A stretch of 64,000 nt of DNA from assembly GCA_964016885.1 (NCBI GenBank), contig OZ024742.1, forward strand, positions 146,010,001 to 146,074,000. Reading direction: 5' to 3'. Origin of the DNA: Eledone cirrhosa. Taxonomy: Eukaryota. A program made the translations under genes and the position numbers. Shown here one piece after another: positions 50,601 to 62,223 of the stretch. Position 1 is the first letter of the stretch; every line of letters begins with the position of its first letter. The notes under the pieces were generated by a model. The model saw only the letters and a program-made list of their open reading frames with translations, made no database searches and was not told where the DNA came from.

Positions 50601-50873
50601 GCAGTTTGTTGTAACCTGTCCGCTTTTTGAATTTGGTTCCGTTTATCATGTTCATGAGGTCGAGTTTGAAGGCATCAAGCTGGGGGTTATTCGGTGGATT
50701 TTTGTAGGATTTGAACCCGTATTTTTCACTAGTAAATTCCTCAGTGTTATTAGTATGTCATTTATCGTAATGATATGCCTTCCATCGGATTCGACGGATG
50801 AAGTCATTAGTACGCTGTATCATACCGAGCTATAGGTATGTTTTTTAAGGACATGCCGTGTTAGTGCCGTGTG

Positions 50874-50875
<2 letters not shown>
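47690..50875 (-). mobile_element. Penelope-like element (RT + GIY-YIG), frameshifted
   Basis: PTIRLICPSKSDIGRISK, FIQFDINNYYSSI, ITMGSSDSAQV, GIYRDD, NFLDV, CNC..CPL, IVY..IGST..FKKRW; embedded between (TA)n tracts. Confidence 0.9.
48523..50525 (-). pseudogene. Penelope RT-GIY-YIG ORF broken by a frameshift near 50230
   Basis: ORFs 50208-50525 and 48523-50232 overlap in different frames; GIY-YIG motif is partly decayed (HIIG). Confidence 0.85.
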
Positions 50876-50937
<62 letters not shown>

Positions 50938-50938
<1 letters not shown>

Positions 50939-51268
50939 CATCATTTTCATCATTTTTAATCCGCTTTTCCCTGCTTGCAAGGGTGGGACGGGAACTGATT
51001 CTGGCTTGATTTCTACAGCTGGATGCCCTTCCTAACACCAACCTCATTTACAGTGAGTGCTGGGTGCTTTTTTGCCGTGGCACCTCCACGTCCACTTTGC
51101 AGTGGAATGATAGTGACCTCAGTCCCTATCATCTCATTTCTACAGCTGAGCAAATTGGAGTAATGTGAAATAAAGTGTCTTGCTCAAGGAAACAACACAT
51201 CACCCGGTCTGAGAATTGAACTCACAACCTTTCGATTGCAAGGCCAATGCTCTAACCACTAAGCCATG
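50938..51268 (-). mobile_element. SINE family A
   Basis: Reverse complement of 53060-53392. Confidence 0.9.
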
Positions 51269-51493
51269 TATATAGCTTATATTCTCTTGGCGCTGGTGGT
51301 TTGAAATCTTATATATATATATATAAAGAATTAGTATAACTACCAACATATGTATACAGATGCATACCTATGCTAGCAAATATATATGTTTTGTCTTAGT
51401 AACTTTGTGGTTCTATGCAAGGGGATGCAGAACAATTATATGAAAGACGTAAAATAAGAAAATTATGAAAATAAACTTACTTACTAAAATTTC

Positions 51494-51574
51494 ACTCCAA
51501 CTAATTAGTTTCTGTAAGGGAATAAATATGGTTACGGAACGCAACCATAGAGAATCCTTACGTCATCAGGGAGT
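51494..51574 (-). ncRNA. Type I hammerhead ribozyme
   Basis: ACTCC-CTGATGA-stem II (GTAAGG/CCTTAC with internal hairpin)-GAAA-CTAATTAG palindrome-TT-GGAGT. Confidence 0.75.
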
Positions 51575-52575
51575 CTATTCTCAGCTAAGTTCCTAGGTAA
51601 TGCGTGGACACAGGGAACTTATATAAAAATAATTCAGTGGATGGAAAAAAGCGAGCGGGGACTAAATTCCAGGACATTGAAAAAATTCACTACTTGGTCA
51701 GTGGCAAATTCAAAAGAATCAATCACGTGACACTGAGGTTTACATTCAGGCTTTCAAACCTTTTAGTTAATTTAAACGTTTAGATATATTGTACGGAGCT
51801 TTTGTTTACATTTATTGTTTTATCCAAATTGATTAGTAATCTGTAATAATCTGTATTTAACTTGATCTATAGTGTTGAATACAATAAGATTTGGTTGAAT
51901 AGAAATAATAATACTTTTAAGAGTAAATATAACTAATAATTAATCCGCTATGTAATTGACAACTATTGTTTTAAATAATTGTTAACTATTGTTTTAAATA
52001 ATATTGTTTATAATATTTATAATTCTAAACATTATATAAAATGCATATACAGATGCTGATATGCAATTAAGTTATGATAAATACTCTCATACTTATTTAC
52101 TATATTTATAAACATCATTGGTACTTAATAATATTTCAGACTTTGAATTTTGTAACTAAATATTGAATATATTTATTAATTTAATTATGCTCCTGATTAT
52201 CATTGAAAATATTTTATATTGTTCAATTTTGATGAAATATAATAGTATAATTTACCAAATACAATAGATTAAAATTTCATGGTATTTAATTGATCGCTTC
52301 TACCTGACTTAATATTTGAAAAAAAAACAAACGATCACGCATCATGTCCCTCTCTTCTGTCTCTCTTTCTTTCTTTTTTATCTATTTTCCTTATGCAGTT
52401 ATATATTCTATCATCTCTATCTCCCTCTCTCTTCTTTTTATCTTCATTTTTGTATCTTTTTCCCTTTTCTCTTCTATTTAGCACTCTCTCTCTCTCTCTC
52501 TTTTTTCCTTTCTATAACACGGATATTTACATATTTAAATATTTAACATTTATATACTTATGTGTTTTTTATTTT

Positions 52576-52614
<39 letters not shown>

Positions 52615-52795
52615 CTTTCTCCTACTCACCCACTCCTAATACTTATATCTCGCTACTTACCCCTCTCTATCATATTTAGTTTGTCACACTTTTACTTGTG
52701 GTATATAAATATTGAGTTTTGTTGTAATAAATCACTGCCAAGACTGGAATTGAACCATCAGCACAGTTGAGGTATGTCATACATCAATTTATGTA

Positions 52796-52857
52796 TTTTA
52801 TCTGACGAGGACGTACTGAAAAAACAACACAGTACCTCCGAAATATATATAATAAAA
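52796..52857 (+). ncRNA. Type I hammerhead ribozyme
   Basis: TTTTAT-CTGACGA-stem II (GGACGTACTG/CAGTACCTCC)-GAAA-TATATA-TA-ATAAAA. Confidence 0.75.
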
Positions 52858-53059
52858 CATATATTTTGATTATGTGAATGTATCCATTTATTAATATTTT
52901 GAATTAATATTAATAACTCCAGAAAACTTCTTTGTTGAGTGCTTTTAATTTATTGTAAAACTATATTCATTGAATAATCAATGAACCTTGTTTAACATTA
53001 GGTTATATATATGCATATATATATATATGTATATATATGTATATGTATCTATATGGATA

Positions 53060-53392
53060 GGCACATGGTTTAGTGGTTAGAGCATTGGGCTTGCAATCGA
53101 AAGGTTGTGAGTTCAATTCTCAGACCGGGTGATGTGTTGTTTCCTTGAGCAAGACACTTTATTTCACATTGCTCCAGTTTACTCAGCTGTAGAAATGAGA
53201 TGATAGGGACTGGGGTCCCTATCATTCCACTGTAAAGTGGACGTGTAGGTGCCACGGCAAAAAAGCACCCAGCACTCACTGTAAATGAGGTTGGTGTTAG
53301 GAAGGGCATCCAGCTGTAGAAATCAAGCCAGAATCAGTTCCCGTCCCACCCTTGCAAGCAGGGAAAAGCGGACGTAAATGATGATGATGATG
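53060..53392 (+). mobile_element. SINE family A
   Basis: Near-identical to 8590-8935. Confidence 0.9.
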
Positions 53393-54761
53393 TATATCAT
53401 CATCATCACCGTTTTACGTCCGTTCTTCCACGCTAGCAGGGGTTAGATGGGTTGTCCTGCCTTCTTATAACAAATATGGTATTTATGTTTAAATTTGTCT
53501 GTAATATTTTGAAAAGATTATATCTGCTTCCACAGAGTTTAAATTTTCTAAGGTGACAGCAGATATTTCTTGCTTAATCCTATAATCTGTTCAAATATAT
53601 ATATATTCATTTAATATGGCTGAGTAGTGAGTCTTGTTATATCGGAGTTTCACCTGTGCACTTGCAGGATCATCAGACAAGACTAAATTTTTCAATAACA
53701 GAGACAGTATACATAGGGAAAGACTGAAGGGTGCGGGGTAGAATGATGGGTGGATAGATATTTTTGAATGAGTGTGTGAGGAAGATGTTATGAAAAGAGA
53801 AAGGCAAAGAAGAAGGAAACTCTAAGAGAGATAAGGAAGGTGTAGACATGATATGTATGATGATAATGATGGTGGTAAAGATCTTGAATGGGTGCATCAT
53901 GAGGGAGAGGAGGAGTTATGAAAAGAGAAGGAGGAAATTCGAAGAGAAATAAGGAAGGTAGGGATATGGTGTGAGTGATGATTATGATGGTGATGGTGAT
54001 GGTGATGTTGATGATGATGATGAATAAGGTAAATGATCAATAGGTGGGGTGAAGATGAATTAAGATGTTTACTGAAAAATATTTATTGAGAAATAGAATT
54101 GAGAAAAACAGAATGAAGTAAATATTTATCGGTCAGTGGTTGGTGGTGATGATGGAAGGTAGGAATGGATATGAAAAGTAGAAGAAAAAAATAAGGGGAA
54201 AGGGGAAGGACATAGGAAGTAAAAGGAACAACAAAAAGGAAAGAAAAAAGCGAAAGAGAAAAAGAAATAGAAATAGACATGGATGTAGAATATATAGTGG
54301 TGATGGCGATGATGATGATGATCAAGTGAGATTTGTAAAATTGACAAAGTTAGTGAAGTTATAGAGATAGATTAGGTGATGGTAGTGGCAGACTAAAGGA
54401 AAATATGAAAATAAAGATTAAAAAACATGGAAAATGAAAAATATGAGAAAATATGAAGAAATGTTTAAATCATGAAAAAATAAAAATGAAAACTATAATA
54501 TATTATAAAATAACATTGAATATATAATATAGAATATAGAGTAAGGTTCAGAATGGAGAGTATAGGATATGAAATGTAATGTTGTAAGGCATGGGTTAGT
54601 TGTACTAACATACTATATTGTATGTTAGTACGACTAACCTATTTCTTATGGTGAGGAGGGGGGGGGGGAATAATCATGTAGTACCAAGCTGAAAGGTTTG
54701 GAAAAGATGAGAAGTAGACAAATAAGGCATTAGGAATTAAAGAAAGTACAAAGTTAAACCT

Positions 54762-55162
54762 ATAGTCAGTAGGCACCTCTTAACCAAATATATACCCCAA
54801 CCCACTATCCCTACTCCCTCCTTCCAATCCCAGCAACACCACCCTTTCTCTGTAAAGTTATGTTGGTACCACAGAACATCCTGTCAACACTAAAGAGGTT
54901 GTGTAGGTGTCATGACAAAAAAATCACCCAGTTCACGCTGTAAAGTGGTCGTGTAGGAGACATGGTAAAAAGGCTCCCAGTCCACACTGTAAATGTGGTT
55001 GGTGTTAGGAAGGGCATCCAGCCGTATAAAACCTGCCAGATACAGTCCTATATGAGCAAGCACGGTCACTTGATCAATATTGCCTCAAGTGGAACAATTC
55101 CCGTATAACCCATGCTAGCGTGGAAGATAGACGTTAAACGATGATGATGATGATGATGATGA
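54762..55162 (+). mobile_element. RTE 3' UTR-only insertion
   Basis: Reverse-complement homolog of 45013-45402; (GAT)n tail. Confidence 0.85.
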
Positions 55163-55404
55163 ACATGATGGACATACGGGAATAATAGGAATAATGAAAG
55201 TGAGAATGAAAAGTAAAAGTACAAATGAAAGAGAGAGAGAGAGAAAGAAAGAAGAATAGGAAGAAGAATGAAAAATAGAGAAATAATGAAAATGGAACGT
55301 GAAAGTGAAGTTAGAGACTAAAGTTGGGTTACCCACAGTAACCAATGCTCAAGTGAAGGTAGTAGTTCAAGAGATGTGGAATCTAGAAGTGATGGTAGTG
55401 ATGG

Positions 55405-56685
55405 TGAGAGCTTTTCTTTTCAGACATTTTTAATTGACCTTCGTAACTGTCACTCTAAAACATTCTTGATATGATTATAATAAGCTAACCTTTCAAATCC
55501 TTTTTTTTTCAGGTTAAAGATTTGGGCTGCTACAGCACTTTAAACACTGCTTGTCATACACGTCTTGTCACAGCTGACTGATTCCACAATACAGTTGAGA
55601 CATGAAGAAAACTTAGAGGCTCACTATGCAATAAAGTTTTGTATCAAGCTTGGCAAAAATGCTGCAGAAACCTATAAAATGGTCAAAACTGCTTATGGAC
55701 TAACTTTCATGAGCTGGGCAACTGTTTTCTGTTGCCACAAGAGGTTCCATGAGGGCAGGAAGCAGATGAGGGACGACAAGAGGTATGGCAGGGAGACAGA
55801 CATCAGTACGCCAAAGTTAGTCAACAAAATTTTCAAATTTCTGGACTAGGACCGTCGTGCATCTTTTCTGTTGATTGCTAAACAATTTGAAGTGGCTGAA
55901 AGCACAGTGCACAGAGTCATTCATGTCAATCTGAACATGTGCAAAGTTTGTGAAAAGTTTGTTCCCAGAGTGCTCAATGAAGATCAAAGGCAGAGGTACA
56001 CTGATGACAGCAGGTATGTGGTTGAGTAGATCACTTTAAATCCAAATATCTTTGAGTCTCTGGTAACCTGAGCTGGGTCAACTGTTATGATCCAGAGACC
56101 AAGAGATAGCGTGCCCAGTGGAAATATTCTGACTACTCAAGACCCAAGAAGGCCAGGCAAAGCAAGTCCACTGGGAAGCTCGCGATGTTCCATTCTTTAA
56201 CAGCAAGGGCATCATCTACATCCACTGGGTCCCCTGTGGTCAGACAATCAACAAAGAGTACTAGGTTGAGGTTTTGAGGCAGTTCAAAAAGAGATTTTGT
56301 TGCAAGAGACCAGAATTCTTCAAGGCAGGTCAGTGGCACTTGCACCCTCACACAAATCCATCCTAGTGACCAACTATGTGGGGATCAAGACTGTCCTTCA
56401 TCCTCTTTACATTCTATACTTAGCTCCATATGACTTCTGGATGTTCCCGAAACTGAAGGAGAAGCTCAGGGGTATCCACTTTGAGGATGTGTTGGAGATG
56501 AAGGAGGTTGTGACAAGCACTCTGGACACTGTTACTTTGGAGGACTACAAGAGAGTCTTCCATAAATGGCTGGAGTGCTACAACAAGTGGAGGATTCTAC
56601 TTTGAGAGAGAGACAAGAGTATTGTGTTGATCTGAGTTTTAAAAAATGTCTCTCTGATAAAAATCTCAAAACCTCTTGATTGTAT
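55405..56685 (+). mobile_element. Dead mariner transposon (transposase pseudogene)
   Basis: AIKFCIKLGKNAAETYKM, FHEGR..DDKRYGR, YDPETK, YLAPYDFWMFPKLKEKLRG; stops and frameshifts; degenerate TIRs around (G)AGACATTTTT. Confidence 0.9.
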
Positions 56686-57108
56686 GGTCAGTGTCGATGG
56701 GCACGTTAGTGAGTGGGGTAGTTGGGGGCTGGTGTGTGTGACTCATCTGCTATATGTACAATCCAGTTAGGTGCATCTCCAAATTTTTATTATTATTTTA
56801 CTTATATAATCTGATTTGTACAGAAACCTTTAATCTTCTAGTGTTTTTATTTTTTCCCTATCAAATGCTATTCAAATTCATGAAAATGCCACCTGAATTA
56901 GAAAAATCAGTAAAAATAAATGAAGAAATCCTGAAAAGACTAAAAGAAATCAGTATAAACTATCGAATCTAACAGAAAAAAACTGGAAAAATTTCATGAA
57001 CTCGCAGAAAGAACACACAACGAAAGATGAAGACAGTCAAATCAACAATAACATAGAAAAGCTATGATTGTTCAAACAAAATGAATGGAAGATAACCCAT
57101 CATTTAGA

Positions 57109-57530
57109 GCAGTGGTTCTCAACCTTTTTTTACCTATGGACCCCTCATATTCTTAGTCTAGTTGGGTAGACTCCCATAGCCATTCGATGTTTAAAAAATT
57201 CCTATTGCATTTTTATAACTAAATATTATTAGGTATTGTATAGGGCGGTGGATTGGCAGTACCGGTACAGGGTCGAACGCATTGATTTGCAGCAAAGAGT
57301 TATGGCCCTTTATGGTCTGAGTGCAAATTCCGCCGAGGTTAACTTTGCCTTTCATCCTTACGGGGTCGATAAAATAAAGTACCAGTAATGCACTGGGATA
57401 ATTGCTGGCCTTGTGCCAAAAGTAGAAACAATTATTAGGTATTGTATAAAATACCGTTGAAATATTTTGTATATTGTAGAAGTATTACCAATTTATTGCA
57501 AATAAACTTCAGCAACTAACGAAAATTCCA
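57109..57530. mobile_element. hAT-like MITE remnant
   Basis: Starts CAGTGGTTCTCAACC, a typical hAT MITE terminus; right end not found. Confidence 0.45.
57243..57430 (+). mobile_element. SINE family B with 18-bp TSD
   Basis: ATTATTAGGTATTGTATA at 57225-57242 and 57431-57448. Confidence 0.9.
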
Positions 57531-58244
57531 TGAAAAACGAATGTTCAGTAGTAAAATAAGTTATAGATACACAAATTATGAAAAATATGAAGAATTTCTT
57601 ACCTTTTCCAATTAAAAAAAAAACAGAGGAAGAAATGTCCCTTGTGAAATGAAACACTCCAACAATAACAGTAACCAGTTCACTAACGAATATTATTTCC
57701 TGCTTTCAAAAATCTCTAATGAAAGAATTTTCTTTGAATGTTGGTTGTTTTAATTTCCTAAGATAGTTAATTCTAGAAACTTCAGTTCGGGAGAAGATGC
57801 AAGTGATGCTCTCTTATATTAATTAGTTTTATTTGTATTCTACTCTGTGGAGACTTTGGAATAAGTTAAACTATGTTTATATATGTCCCTGATTTAGATA
57901 TCTTTAGCTATCTTTTCATTGAGATGTTCTGTATATTAGTGACAAAAACTTTTATATTCTCTGTTTGATATATATATATATATATATATAAAATATTAAG
58001 TAAGCAAGCTAATCAAAGAGGAGAGGAAAGTGATTAGTTAAGAAAATTACAAGCCAGTAGAGAGAGGATTAGTGTGCTTGTTGCGTATAATTTGCAAGAC
58101 ATGAAAAAAAAGTTAGTAATTCGTAGAAATTATGTCCAGGAAAATTATTATATGCAGAGCATATAATAAATATATATATATGCAAAAGGCAAACGACACA
58201 GTACAATCAAGAAATACATTATTAGTTTTATATTTGATATATTT

Positions 58245-59072
58245 CTTTCTAGCTTTGCAGGTCTTCTGCAGTCAAAGTTCATGTTTCACAGCCATAAGAT
58301 ATTGAAGTTCGCATTCAGGCATCATACACTTTCTTCTTTATTCTGAGAGAGAAACACCTTGTTGTCAGTAGAGGTACCAACTCCCTAAACTTCTTCCAGC
58401 CTGTTCTGACTCTGGCTATCACACCTTCAGAACATTCTCCCTCACAGCTAAGCCACCAAGGCAACAAAAGCAGTCAACAACTTCTAAGGATCCTCCCTAA
58501 CAACTGAGAGAATCTATTTCACATGAGCTCTTAGTGCTTATTTCTCCTGTGCATCTGCTGAATACAAAATTGATCTTCTGTAACCTGCCTGTAATACAAC
58601 TACATCTTTTGTGTGTCCATAGATTATACTGCGGGCCCTTTATAGAATTTTTAGTCACTCCTTTTTGACATATTTTACAAGGCTACTTTCCTGATGGTAT
58701 CAACTTCCAGTCCTCTGTCTCACTTATTAAAAACTTTCATCTTTTAGGCATTTTAACTCTAGTTTTTTTTTTTCAATGCTTAGAATCCCATGTCATGTAC
58801 AAGAGAGAATACTGTGCTGATATAGACATGGATGATGATAACTGGGTGAAGAAGTGCCAAGAAATCCCCGTGGAAAGAAGTCACAGTAAAAGAAAACCAA
58901 GGAGGACATAAGTGATGGTGGTGAGAACTGCTCTCAAATCAGTGTAGCTCACAGAGGAGGTGACAACAGAATGTAATAAGTGGAGGGATGCTGTGGTGAA
59001 AAAGACTCATCCAACCCATGCAAGTATTGAAACACGGACGTAAAATGGTGGTGGTGATGATGATGATGATGA
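58245..59072. mobile_element. Degraded RTE insertion with inverted 5' segment
   Basis: 58245-58765 minus strand (PHD to LERN region); 58790-59072 plus strand (C-terminus and (GAT)n tail). Confidence 0.7.
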
Positions 59073-59158
59073 TATATATATATATATATGTGTGTGTGTA
59101 TATGTGTGTGTGTGTATATATATATATATATGTGTGTGTATGTATATATATATGGATG

Positions 59159-59218
<60 letters not shown>

Positions 59219-59244
59219 CGTGTGTATGTATATATATATGGATG

Positions 59245-59281
<37 letters not shown>

Positions 59282-60088
59282 ATATATTGTTAAATATATA
59301 AGTATTGAAACATAAAAAACTTGATTCAATGTTAATTTTTGTTGCTGTTTTTATTCTTTCTATTTTCCTCAGCTAATCTCAGAAAATTGACTTAAAAACT
59401 AAATAAATGAGTGAAAATGTTATTTTGTAAAACATATATATTCCTATAACAATTCCAGATTTACTTTTTATCTTCATTCTTCTTTTATGTTTTCAACAAA
59501 ATGTTGGATATTTGTATCTAAATTTCATTGAGTCAGTTTTATTTTCATTTTTTCTTCTCCGTAGTTGATTTGAACAGATTGAAAAATCTCAAAACATACT
59601 TTGGCAATGGAGGTTAACAAGAAAACAAAAAAAAAAAATAAAAATAATTATGTGAAAGAAATTTTGGAGATCTCTGTAGTTGCAATCTATGTTTTTGAAA
59701 TAAGAATTAATGTCTTCCTTTGCAATGACAAATATTGTTGTTTATTAACCACTAACAACCAACATTAATATTTTAGTTAACATAAAGTATTGTGAGATAG
59801 ATGGTTATGATTGCCTTCAAAAGGCTGAATAAAGAAAAGTAAGAAAACAAAACAACAATTTAAACTTTTCCTGATATTTCAAGGTTTGAACCTCTTTAAA
59901 AAAAAAAAAAGAATGAAAGTAGTCTAGTGTTGTCGATGTGTAGTACTCTACTGTAAAGAGATTTGGTTCGAAATATCCAAAGATTTTGGCATCAAATATT
60001 TACATATAAACTAGAAAAATGGTGAGTGCAAAGTGGTGTTATATTTAATAAAAAAAGCAAAAACAAACATTTATTATTTTTAAACTGA

Positions 60089-60273
60089 GGGCGGTGGATT
60101 GGCAGTATCGGTAGAGGGTCGGACACCATGCTTTCCAGCATAGTTACGTCCCTTTACGATCTGAGTTCAAATCCCGCCGAGGTTGACTTTGCCTTTCATC
60201 CTTACGGGGTCGATAAAATAAAGTACCAGTAATGAACTGGGTAATTGCTGGCCTTGTGTCTAAAGTAGAAACA
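60089..60273 (+). mobile_element. SINE family B with 16-bp TSD
   Basis: ATTATTTTTAAACTGA at 60073-60088 and 60274-60289. Confidence 0.9.
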
Positions 60274-60513
60274 ATTATTTTTAAACTGAATATTTCATCA
60301 TGAACAATGTTCTGAAGACGTTGTTTAAGAAATATAGGTGCGTGCGTGTTAAGGTAAGTGGCCTAGTGGTTTCAGTGTTGTTCTCCCAGGCAGTTTGTTG
60401 TGTCTTTGAGACAGGCACATCATTTCATGCTGCTCCAGGCCACTCAACTGAAAATGGAGTAGCAGCATCAGCATCTGACGATTAAACTTAAGATGAACAG
60501 GTGTTCTGTTTAA

Positions 60514-60734
60514 CCCTTTATCATTTACATTACTCTATATTTAGTATTGTATTTTCATGGTAAATACTTTATTTCACATAATTATCTCACATAATATCGA
60601 TTCTATGAGATTTTGATATTATTTATTTTCAGAACAATACCTTAACATCAGTATAAGCAGCTAGTTATGGTTGGTGTAAACAGAAAGAGGTGAGAGAATT
60701 CTGGCCGGATATGGCTGGTTTAAATACTAAAGGG
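60514..60734. mobile_element. piggyBac-type MITE inside an old SINE
   Basis: TTAA|CCCTTTATCATTTA ... TAAATACTAAAGGG|TTAA. Confidence 0.75.
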
Positions 60735-61877
60735 TTAAAGGAAGCGTCTTGTACTCTAAGTCATTTAATGCTACATGAAACAAACAAACGAATAGATATA
60801 GTTAAGGATATTTTAGTCTCGCTCTGAAAAGAAGGTGGCAAATTGGTAAGTTCAGAAATAATGCCTTGTAGTGTCTGATCTGGATCTCAGCATGCTGAGT
60901 TTAAATCCTACTTCAGTCAACTTTGCTTTCCATCATTTCAGGATCAATTGATAAAAGTCCAAAGATTGTAAGAATGCAGTATTTGCTTCAGCTCTCTGTG
61001 CTCTGACTTCAAAACCCACTAACGTAAACTTTCCTTTTTATCTTTTTGAGGTCAATAAAAATATACCAGTCAGTACTGAGGTCAATTCTTCCTCTTTATC
61101 TCTTTCTCACTTCCTCTCAAACGCTTTCTTTCTCTCCTTCCCTGGAAGAAATTTGCTGTGCTCTGACCTGGAGAGGGGATGGGTTCAACCAGATTTGAAA
61201 TGCCCAATGTCACTCAGTGTGCCCCTACAACTTCATCAGTAGTTACAGGTCTATGCATACAAATAAAATACCAATCCAGAATGGTGGAGTGACAGAAGTG
61301 TTAGAGCATCAGAGGAGATGCCTTTCCTACTGTTTAATGTCTGTTTTCATTAATAGCAATGATTGGACATGTCATTATAGACCATTCCTTATTCAGTTGG
61401 AGCCACTGATCTCCAGGTGGGCTGAGGGCCCAAAATAAAATCCCACTCACTACCAAGCATATTTTATTGTGACACCTTTTCATGTCTATGGCCCAACTGA
61501 AGAATCCTCCAGACCCTTTGTTTGGTAGATTTTCTATGACACTTTACAGATTGTACTGGGTGATCTTTTGTCATGTAGATCACCAACACTGGAGAGAATG
61601 CCATATATATAGAGTCTTCCTGACCCTTTGTTTAGCAAGTTTTCTATGACTGGATGCTCTCCCTATCACCAACCACTTTACAAAATTCACTTCCTAACCA
61701 CACAGCCATGCCCATCAAAATATATTCAATCATTTTCCTTATTCTGTATTATGGAATGCAAAAGAAAAGAAAAAAAATTAAAAGAAATTCTATAGCTTTG
61801 GGAAGAAATCTCATAAATATTGTCAGTTAAATCTTTATTTTGAGTTCTCAAAGGTTATAGGTTAGAGAAATATAATG

Positions 61878-62223
61878 AATGTGTGTATGTGCATGTATGT
61901 TTATGTGGGTGTGTGACTGTGAATGTGTGTGTGACTGTGTGTGTATGTTTGCAAGTGTATGTGTATGACTATATGTGTGTGTATATTTATGTGACTAAAT
62001 ATAAGTGTGTGAGACTGTTTGTATGTGTGTATGTGATTGTGTATGTGTGTGAGTATTTGTGTGTGTATGTGAATGTGTGTGTGTATGAGTGTGTGTGTAT
62101 GTGTGATTGTGTGCGTGTGTGTGTGTGTGAGTGTGTGTGTGTGTGTGTGTGCATGTGTGTGTGTGTATGAGTGTGTGACTCTTTGTGTATATGTGTCTCA
62201 GTGTGTGTGTGTGTGTGTGTGTG
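61878..62223. repeat. Degenerate (TG)n microsatellite
   Basis: Seen directly; a mixed (TA/TG)n tract also lies at 59072-59287. Confidence 0.95.

Noticed and set aside
56754-57060. Short Lys/Glu-rich ORF
   Set aside because: No recognisable motif or splice support; interrupted by stops.
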